The notes beneath the pieces are model-generated. The model was not told the DNA's origin. It did not search any database and saw nothing but the letters and a program-made list of their open reading frames with translations. DNA of 61,843 bases from NCBI GenBank assembly GCA_018608435.1, contig JABAZV010000012.1, positions 3,269 to 65,111 on the forward strand. The letters are read 5' to 3'. This DNA comes from Patescibacteria group bacterium (GTDB lineage Bacteria > Patescibacteriota > Minisyncoccia > Phycocordibacterales > UBA918). A program made the position numbers and the translations under genes. Of this stretch, positions 1-6,100 are shown piece after piece. The first letter of the stretch is position 1; each line of letters starts with the position of its first letter.

Positions 1-42
1 GGACACTTGGCCCCGCTCAAACCACTGCAACACCCACCCAAC

Positions 43-73
43 TTGAAACTTCCTCAAAATCTGGCAATATAAT
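43..73 (+). promoter_or_regulatory. candidate sigma70-type promoter upstream of tRNA-Gln
   Basis: TTGAAA (43-48) and TATAAT (68-73) lie about 80 nt upstream of the tRNA. The 19-nt spacer is longer than the 17-nt optimum. Confidence 0.35.
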
Positions 74-151
74 GCTCGTTGCTACAACTTCATAAATACC
101 AGAGTTTAATCTTGTTTTAAACAAGCTTTAAACAAAGTAACAAATCCACCT

Positions 152-222
152 TGCCGGATCGTCTAATGGTAGGACTGCGGTTTCTGGTACCGTCAATCGG
201 GGTTCGAATCCCTGTCCGGCAG
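152..222 (+). tRNA. tRNA-Gln (anticodon CUG)
   Basis: Manual cloverleaf: acceptor TGCCGGA/TCCGGCA with a U1:A72 pair, D arm GTCT/GGAC, anticodon stem GCGGT/ACCGT with loop TTCTGGT (CTG), T arm CGGGG-TTCGAAT-CCCTG, discriminator G. No encoded CCA. Confidence 0.9.
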
Positions 223-232
223 CTCTTAGCAT

Positions 233-258
233 AAAACACCCGATGAGGGTGTTTTTGC
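233..258 (+). terminator. rho-independent terminator after tRNA-Gln
   Basis: 9-bp stem AAAACACCC/GGGTGTTTT with a 5-nt loop, running into a T tract. Confidence 0.7.
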
Positions 259-371
259 TTTAGAGATGCGAGGACAGTACAGTCCGGGGGACTGTACGTT
301 GGGATTCGAAAAGGTTGCCAGCACGTTTGAAGAATGAAAACGGGCGACAACCTGCACTGAAGCTGTAAGCT

Positions 372-392
372 TCGAATCCCTGTCCGGCAGCA
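372..392 (+). repeat. direct repeat of the tRNA-Gln 3' end (TTCGAATCCCTGTCCGGCAGC)
   Basis: A 21-nt exact copy of 203-223. The upstream sequence cannot form a T stem or acceptor stem, so it is a fragment and not a second tRNA. An inverted 10-nt piece, GGGATTCGAA, sits at 301-310. Confidence 0.8.
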
Positions 393-461
393 ACAACATT
401 TAAGCTATATTTAGCAAGACACATTCAGTTCGAGCCCTAAACGCGTGCTATACTTTTGGTA

Positions 462-1325
462 ATGGAACCAGAGGAAAATACTCAAGAAACCATACCGGAA
501 AAACACGTTTTACATACAGTTACTCCTTTGTCTAAATACTTGGCAATGGTTTTGTTCATTGCTCTGCCCTTCATTGGAGGTTGGGTTGGTTATAACTATG
601 CGCCAGAAAAAGTGGTTGAGGTTGAGAGGGCTGTCGTTAAAGAAATACTTCCTCAAGTAGAGAACGATGGTATCAGAGAAGAAACAGAAGACCTTGAATT
701 TATTGATTTAGAAGTAGGATTGAGTAAAGACAAGACCAATGTTTATCTCAATGGAAAGCTGATACACAAGAACTCTGATCCGGACACATTTCGTCTTTTT
801 GATGACTCTGTCTACACGGTCTATGTAGACAGGAATAATTTTTATAGTTTTAATTCTGATTACGAACTAGAAGTTGATGACGATCACGGATTAGATGTCG
901 ACAGTCTGAAGTCTCTTGATAATCCTTATAATAGTCGCCATTATGATTATTATACTGATATAAACGGAGTCTATATAGCACACAAATATCATAATTATTG
1001 GATGGATAAGATACCAGACGCGGACCCTCAAACTTTCATTATAAAAGGAGAGTGCTTAGGTGGAAGATATTACTCTATTGATAAATCAAATGTCTATTGC
1101 CAGGCATCCATTCTTGCAGGAGCTGATCCTAAGACTTTCCAGTTTCTTGATTTAGTACTTAACGACAGTCCTGATCAGATTCCAAGCTGGAATGGTATTG
1201 CAAAAGATAAGTATTGTATTTATCATTCAGGGAATAAAGTATTAAATGAATCTGGTCAATGTTTGAATCCATCATTATGCACCGAAGAAACACTCATATC
1301 AGACCCCGAATTGTGTGGTTTCTAG
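462..1325 (+). CDS. membrane-anchored DKNYY-repeat protein
   Basis: ORF 456..1325, with ATG at 462 and an alternative TTG at 456. It has an N-terminal TM (YLAMVLFIALPFIGGWVGY). Repeated DK(T/S)NVY, NGVYI and DKYCIY motifs are each followed by (A/S)DP(D/K/Q)TF, as in the DKNYY family. Confidence 0.75.
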   Translation: MEPEENTQETIPEKHVLHTVTPLSKYLAMVLFIALPFIGGWVGYNYAPEKVVEVERAVVKEILPQVENDGIREETEDLEFIDLEVGLSKDKTNVYLNGKLIHKNSDPDTFRLFDDSVYTVYVDRNNFYSFNSDYELEVDDDHGLDVDSLKSLDNPYNSRHYDYYTDINGVYIAHKYHNYWMDKIPDADPQTFIIKGECLGGRYYSIDKSNVYCQASILAGADPKTFQFLDLVLNDSPDQIPSWNGIAKDKYCIYHSGNKVLNESGQCLNPSLCTEETLISDPELCGF

Positions 1326-1364
1326 AGTTGCCGTATACAGGCGAATATAGAAACCGGTCATAAA

Positions 1365-1398
1365 AAAGTTCCAACATCATCCAAGACAGCCAGCAACA
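1365..1398 (+). repeat. intergenic motif copy a (AAAGTTCCAACATCATCCAAGACAGCCAGCAACA)
   Basis: One of four related ~33-nt elements. It starts 40 nt after the stop codon at 1325. Confidence 0.7.
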
Positions 1399-1556
1399 CA
1401 TAAAGTATAGGCCCACACAAAATGTACATGGGATTTTTTGTTAAGAGTAGTCAGAGAAAGCGTGTCTTGATAGTAAGGAAAAAAGTCTTGAGGATATAGT
1501 ATGATTCATCTTCGTAGAACCGTATTAATAATTCTAGTTTCTAGGTAAATGTAGTT

Positions 1557-2411
1557 ATGTCAGTGATTTATGCAAAGCTGAAGCGGGATGAGAGTCCAAA
1601 CGTAATTTTATTTAATGAAGATCAGGTAGATGACAAGTTAAGTCATTTGTTTGCTCCACCAGGTTTAAAAAACTCAATCGAGTACGACTGCTATGGACCG
1701 CAGTCACTTAATGATGAAATCTTCCATGTTGATCTATCAAATCAACAATGGCAAAAGATTAAAGACGTCTACGAGACTGATAACAGTAGTGCATCAAAAT
1801 TGTACGATTCAGGATATGCAGATCAGTATGCAAATATCGATGTGATTTATAGCGTTACAAATACTGCAATCTCATTTAAAAAAATACGTCCAAGTCAAAT
1901 TGCTTTACAGCAAGGGTCTTTGGAATGGGGTGACCGACCTGTCTTTGAAGCGCCGTCTGAAAAAGTTCTGATCGACCCTCCAGTTGACCTATGCATTAAC
2001 AAATCATCAAAACGTGCATACTTCAAAAGTTTTAGGAATGCGACTCGTATTGCTAGAGTGCTGAACGATTTCTATGATGAGACAACTCAACAACATGCTG
2101 AAGAAGCATTGGCATTTGATGTATTTAATATAGCGGAATTTGATGTGGAGGACGTGAGCCCAAAGAACAGAAAAAGGCTTGCGCGCATAAAAGGAGACCT
2201 AGACATTGATTTGTCTGACACAGGAACTATAACAAGGATGATCGAGTACGCTGATAAGTATGAGAGGATAGGTGTTTTTGAAAATAGTAGAATAAAGATA
2301 TGTTCTAATTCTGAACTCACAGATGCACTGGATGTTATTTCTGGATACTTTTACACAAACGAAATCACAGATGATGTAATGAAGGCTACGTCAACTAGAA
2401 AGTTGAATTAG
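1557..2411 (+). CDS. hypothetical protein (284 aa, soluble, no family recognised)
   Basis: Long ORF with an ATG start and no competing ORF. It has no signal peptide or TM. Confidence 0.65.
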   Translation: MSVIYAKLKRDESPNVILFNEDQVDDKLSHLFAPPGLKNSIEYDCYGPQSLNDEIFHVDLSNQQWQKIKDVYETDNSSASKLYDSGYADQYANIDVIYSVTNTAISFKKIRPSQIALQQGSLEWGDRPVFEAPSEKVLIDPPVDLCINKSSKRAYFKSFRNATRIARVLNDFYDETTQQHAEEALAFDVFNIAEFDVEDVSPKNRKRLARIKGDLDIDLSDTGTITRMIEYADKYERIGVFENSRIKICSNSELTDALDVISGYFYTNEITDDVMKATSTRKLN

Positions 2412-2498
2412 GTTAATCAAGAAGAAGGGCGAGGAATTAGAGAGTCTTAATGCATGATTATGTATTACAAAAAATTAACTCAAGAGCTTAAACTGGTT

Positions 2499-2531
2499 AA
2501 AGTTCGCACGTCGTCCCAAACAGCCAGCATC
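2499..2531 (+). repeat. intergenic motif copy b (AAAGTTCGCACGTCGTCCCAAACAGCCAGCATC)
   Basis: Second copy of the motif, 88 nt after the stop at 2411. It forms the 3' end of a 26-codon micro-ORF (2454-2534). Confidence 0.7.
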
Positions 2532-2605
2532 TAGTTTGAAGCCTATTTTTCAACTCATAGAATCGGTACCTGACTGGGACGCCGGAACTTTGGTATACTT
2601 TTCGC

Positions 2606-3325
2606 ATGAAAAAAGATTTACCTGATGTGACTTTGCTGGGAGTAGATTGTGTTGATATTGAGCGTTTAGTGACAGCTTCAGAAATATGTCAAAAAGAGTT
2701 TAATTTTGCAGAGGTTAAATTACTGACGTCACTGCCAGGAAGTGGCCATAAAGACGTTGTTGAGATTTAACCAATTAACACAGTTGAGAAGTATTCAAAG
2801 TTTGTCATTTCGAAGCTTGATGGATATGTAGATACAACCCACGTTCTAATAATTCAGTATGATGGTTTTATTCTAAACCCGGACGCGTGGTCAGATGAAT
2901 ATTATAAATATGATTATATTGGTGCTCCTTGGTTAGTGAGTAACTGGTTTGTTAAAGAACATGATTTTCCTGAAGAAGCTTTGGGAACAATGTTGGTAGG
3001 TAATGGTGGTTTTAGTTTGAGAAGCAAAAAGTTACTCACCTTATTGTCTGGTATGAGTGAGTCAAATGAAATTAGTGAATATCATCCTGAAGACGTAGTT
3101 GTGTGTGTCAGGTTAAGAAAAGAACTAGAATCACGAGGTATTGTGTTCGCGCCGGAAGATGTGGCTGGACAGTTCAGTTTTGAGTCATTGGATGATCAAA
3201 ATAATTATAAATGGACTGATCAATTTGGTTTTCATGGTTTGAAATGGACAGATATCTCAAAGTGGCTAGATAAACATCCTGAGCTTGATATAGACAACAC
3301 ACTAAACAGAGATATAAAGAAGTAG
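2606..3325 (+). pseudogene. DUF5672-type gene interrupted by one in-frame TAA (2768-2770)
   Basis: ATG 2606 and the listed ORF 2936..3325 share one frame. The only stop between them is TAA at 2768. The joined translation MKKDLPDVTLLGVDCVD...VVEI*PINTVEKYSKFV...LIIQYDGFILNPDAW...YDYIGAPW...VGNGGFSLRSKK carries the YDYIGAPW and GNGGFSLR hallmarks I associate with DUF5672. Confidence 0.75.
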
Positions 3326-3344
3326 TTTAACTAAATTTGCATAA

Positions 3345-3378
3345 AAAGTTCGAATATCGCCCAGACGTCCAGAAAACA
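3345..3378 (+). repeat. intergenic motif copy c (AAAGTTCGAATATCGCCCAGACGTCCAGAAAACA)
   Basis: Third copy, 20 nt after the stop at 3325. It has a 1-nt deletion relative to copy a. Confidence 0.65.
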
Positions 3379-3379
3379 T

Positions 3380-3387
3380 TGTATAAT
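3380..3387 (+). promoter_or_regulatory. extended -10 element TGTATAAT
   Basis: TGnTATAAT-type box located 7 nt upstream of ATG 3394, which implies a very short leader. Confidence 0.35.
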
Positions 3388-3393
3388 GTGGAA

Positions 3394-3498
3394 ATGAAAA
3401 ATAAGAAATTGTTTCGTATAGTTCTAGCAATTACCTTAGTAATGACTTTACTATGGGCTTTTCTAATGTTGACCAGCGATCCCAGTGCTTACATGTAG
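3394..3498 (+). CDS. micro-ORF encoding a 34-aa hydrophobic peptide (MKNKKLFRIVLAITLVMTLLWAFLMLTSDPSAYM)
   Basis: Found by hand and too short for the ORF track. It has a Lys-rich N-terminus followed by one TM-length hydrophobic stretch. There is no homology evidence. Confidence 0.25.
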   Translation: MKNKKLFRIVLAITLVMTLLWAFLMLTSDPSAYM

Positions 3499-3503
3499 AA
3501 TAT

Positions 3504-3537
3504 AAAGTTCCAACAACATCCCAAACAATCAACAAAA
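3504..3537 (+). repeat. intergenic motif copy d (AAAGTTCCAACAACATCCCAAACAATCAACAAAA)
   Basis: Fourth copy, 6 nt after the stop at 3498. Confidence 0.65.
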
Positions 3538-3554
3538 ATGTTAATATTATAACT

Positions 3555-3620
3555 ATGTCAAAAGGGCAAGATAGAAAAAAGGAAAAGAAAAAACCAAAGA
3601 AAGACAAAGATAAGAAGTAG
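3555..3620 (+). CDS. micro-ORF encoding a 21-aa Lys-rich peptide (MSKGQDRKKEKKKPKKDKDKK)
   Basis: Found by hand. The coding sequence is an A-rich low-complexity tract, so it could easily be non-coding. Confidence 0.15.
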   Translation: MSKGQDRKKEKKKPKKDKDKK

Positions 3621-3842
3621 TTAAAAGCTATGATTTATTGTCTGCACAGACAGCTTGAAGGAAATTCTTCTAAGGATTTTTAGTTTAGCTTAAAGGGGCG
3701 CAAATTTACTGCTGCTTGTGAGGAAAACTACTTTTGTATTCACGTAAGGGAACAAAGTTATTTTTGTTTTTTTAGCGTCTATGGTTAGTATTTTTTTTAT
3801 AATAACATTGCCATATTTTGCGCCCTGTCATATGATTCAAAT

Positions 3843-5114
3843 ATGCGTAACGATGGAAGCCTTAATAAAAGTGTTTGGGATGTAATTGTGATTGGAGGAG
3901 GGCCGGCTGGAATGATGGCTGCTGCGACAGCGGCTTCAAAAGGCGCAAGAGTATTGCTCTTGGAAAAGAATGAAGTCTTGGGCAAAAAACTTTCTATAAC
4001 TGGTGGCGGGCGTTGCAATATTACAAACAATAAGCCGGACACTCGTGAGATGCTGGGTTCGTATGAAGAAGAAGGCAAGTTCCTCTTTTCAACCTTTGCA
4101 CAGCACAATGTATCTGATTCGCTGCAATGGTTTTTTGAGCGTGGGGTGGCGGTAAAAGAGGAAAATGAAGGACGCCTGTTTCCGGTTACCGAATCTGCTG
4201 AAGCAGTGCGAGATGCGATGGTGGCTGAATTAAAGCAGCGAAAGGTTGAAGTGTTGTCGAAGCAGGTTGTTTCGTCAGTTTTGTACGATTCTGATAAAAG
4301 AATATTTACAATCAAAACTTTTTCTGAAACGTTTGTTGCGAAAGCTTGTGTAATTGCAACCGGAGGCTACGCCAGACCAGACACCGGATCGACTGGAGAT
4401 GGATTTAAGTGGCTTAAAGAGCTTGGGCACACGATAGAGCCAGTCAGTGATGCTCTGGTTCCCGTGGTGCTTAAGTCTGACTGGGTTAAAAAGCTGAGTG
4501 GCTTAACGCTTTCTGACGTGAAAGTTAGTATTTGGTCGGAAGGGAAGAGGAGGAAGGTAAAGACTGGTCGAGTATTGTTCACACATTTCGGGGTGACGGG
4601 TCCGCTCATTTTGAACATGAGCAAAACGATTGCTGACTTACTACATGAAGGACCGGTTTACATTAAGCTTAATTTGTTTCCAGAGTACGACACAGGTGCT
4701 TTTAAGGACTATGTGCAAGCAGTGCTGCGGTCGAACAAGAAGCTCCAAAATGCATTAGCTGATATTTTACCGCTGCAATTTATCAAAGGTGTTTTGAATG
4801 AATTAGCAATCGCAGGTGATACGCCATGCCACAGCGTAATAAAGGAAGATCGAACGCGTCTGCTGCAGTACTTACAAGCTGTTCCTTTGTCAGTTAAAGG
4901 TTTGCTTGGGACGGATAAAGCGATTGTGTCTGCCGGTGGTGTGGCTTTGACTGAAGTTGACTTTAGAACCATGTCTTCCAAAAAAATTCCGCAGCTGTTT
5001 GTGGTTGGTGACATGCTCAACATAAATCGTCCTTCAGTTGGCTATAGCTTGCAGCTTTGCTGGAGCACTGGTTATGCTGCTGGTTTGCACGCCGCGGTGT
5101 GGTCAGGAGCTTGA
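3843..5114 (+). CDS. HI0933/BaiN-like NAD(P)/FAD-dependent oxidoreductase
   Basis: N-terminal dinucleotide fold DVIVIGGGPAGMMAA, followed by LLLEKN..LGKKL.ITGGGRCNITN, which is typical of the HI0933 (YhiN) family. The length of 423 aa fits that family. Confidence 0.9.
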   Translation: MRNDGSLNKSVWDVIVIGGGPAGMMAAATAASKGARVLLLEKNEVLGKKLSITGGGRCNITNNKPDTREMLGSYEEEGKFLFSTFAQHNVSDSLQWFFERGVAVKEENEGRLFPVTESAEAVRDAMVAELKQRKVEVLSKQVVSSVLYDSDKRIFTIKTFSETFVAKACVIATGGYARPDTGSTGDGFKWLKELGHTIEPVSDALVPVVLKSDWVKKLSGLTLSDVKVSIWSEGKRRKVKTGRVLFTHFGVTGPLILNMSKTIADLLHEGPVYIKLNLFPEYDTGAFKDYVQAVLRSNKKLQNALADILPLQFIKGVLNELAIAGDTPCHSVIKEDRTRLLQYLQAVPLSVKGLLGTDKAIVSAGGVALTEVDFRTMSSKKIPQLFVVGDMLNINRPSVGYSLQLCWSTGYAAGLHAAVWSGA

Positions 5115-5187
5115 GTTGCAAGTAAAAATTCTGCTAATGGCGATATGCAAAACGCTAAGTTTGGCCGCAACAATAATCTATTTTTAA

Positions 5188-5216
5188 TTGACAAATAACC
5201 TATATTCTTACATTAT
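5188..5216 (+). promoter_or_regulatory. sigma70-type promoter for the 5269 gene
   Basis: TTGACA (5188-5193), a 17-nt spacer, then CATTAT (5211-5216). The TTG used as the ORF-track start is the -35 box itself. Confidence 0.55.
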
Positions 5217-5268
5217 ATACGTGCGTTTGGACTGTCCTGCGCTTTGTTCTACAACAAGAGGAAATATT

Positions 5269-5958
5269 ATGGCTGGTAAGGTCATTATTGGTACATATGC
5301 AACAGATGTTACGTGTGGTCAACAAAAAGAGGTTAATCGTCAAATGGAAGACGGTTCCTTTACTTTCAGGCAGGTTCAGGATTTTCTCGACAGGAAAAAC
5401 CCTTTTGTTTCAATTTCGGCTGATCTGCGTGATCAACAAAAACGTTGGCAAGTTTTGTTTGATGGTGAGGATATTGCGTGCGATGTTTACGGAGTCTCAA
5501 TACCAAAAAAAGATTCTGCTTACGGTCGCCTGATTATCGTCCCTAAAGGACTAGTTATCGGTGACATGATTGATATTTTGAATATTCCCGTCGCTGTTAA
5601 GGTTCACACTGATGATTTGGAAGAAGAAGTTGTCACCAGTTTGCGCACGAATGATGACAAATCATACGCAGTCTGGGTGAAAGAGCAGGTTGAGGCGGAT
5701 GATTTCATTGCAGAAAATGAAACTGGTATCGACTTGCTGGAAATGCTTTTGTATTTCTGGGTATATCACACCGAAACCGACAAGCACCTTGATGTGGATC
5801 GCCTTACTTATTGCACCGGTTCGATGCTTGAAAGCGACAGATCTGTTCCTTCAGTTTACTGGGAACCAGATAAAAAACTTCTTAATATTTTTTTCCACGA
5901 AATTTCTTCTGGTAATGATGTAGGTAGACCAACTGGTTTACGGAGAGTAATTGCATAA
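5269..5958 (+). CDS. hypothetical protein (229 aa from ATG 5269)
   Basis: ORF 5188..5958. ATG 5269 is preceded by AAGAGGA 7 nt upstream and lies downstream of the promoter above. No family recognised. Confidence 0.7.
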   Translation: MAGKVIIGTYATDVTCGQQKEVNRQMEDGSFTFRQVQDFLDRKNPFVSISADLRDQQKRWQVLFDGEDIACDVYGVSIPKKDSAYGRLIIVPKGLVIGDMIDILNIPVAVKVHTDDLEEEVVTSLRTNDDKSYAVWVKEQVEADDFIAENETGIDLLEMLLYFWVYHTETDKHLDVDRLTYCTGSMLESDRSVPSVYWEPDKKLLNIFFHEISSGNDVGRPTGLRRVIA

Positions 5959-5989
5959 AAGCTGATCTTTTGTTTTTTTATTTCTATTG

Positions 5990-6015
5990 CCACGCGAGTA
6001 ATCGCGTGGTTTTTT
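5990..6015 (+). terminator. rho-independent terminator
   Basis: Stem CCACGCGA/TCGCGTGG with loop GTAA, followed by TTTTTT. Confidence 0.8.
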
Positions 6016-6100
6016 AATTTTGATACTACAAGCGACAATAGTGACTCTTGCTAACACGACATCGTGTTTTAAGTAATGCGAAGTGATACAATAAAAGCAT

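Noticed and set aside
111-125. 15-nt palindrome CTTGTTTTAAACAAG upstream of tRNA-Gln
   Set aside because: It is short and AT-rich, with a 1-nt centre that cannot form a hairpin loop. Nothing distinguishes it from a chance palindrome.
117-350. 77-aa minus-strand ORF
   Set aside because: It runs antisense across tRNA-Gln and its terminator and has an Arg/Cys/Pro-rich composition, so it is spurious.
296-392. A possible second (intron-containing or split) tRNA ending at 392
   Set aside because: No complementary 5' acceptor strand (TGCCGGA) or T-stem partner exists upstream. Only the last 21 nt match the tRNA.
1557-2411. The 284-aa islet protein as a possible defence gene (I briefly thought of DUF4868/KwaB-like proteins)
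   Set aside because: I cannot point to any diagnostic motif, and there is no multi-TM partner gene adjacent. This would need an HMM search, so it is left as hypothetical.
2768-2770. The in-frame TAA as evidence of stop-codon reassignment
   Set aside because: TAA, TAG and TGA all terminate conserved full-length genes in this window. For example, the FKBP gene ends in TAA, ORF 33270 in TGA and uvrA in TAG. No other conserved gene contains internal stops.
3797-4315. Minus-strand or alternative-frame ORFs nested inside longer conserved genes. This one is an example, and the same applies to 2087..2320, 4367..4624, 4709..5023, 12632..13038, 36137..36489, 37734..38132, 38468..39466, 40748..41099, 56328..56883 and many others in the track.
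   Set aside because: Each lies entirely within a longer ORF with clear family motifs or a coherent domain structure. Their sequences are low-complexity or Ser/Arg/Cys-rich, as expected for antisense frames of biased genes.
5188-5268. TTG start at 5188 for the 256-aa ORF
   Set aside because: The TTG is the first three bases of a TTGACA-17 nt-CATTAT promoter. ATG 5269 has an AAGAGGA ribosome-binding site, so the shorter gene is preferred.
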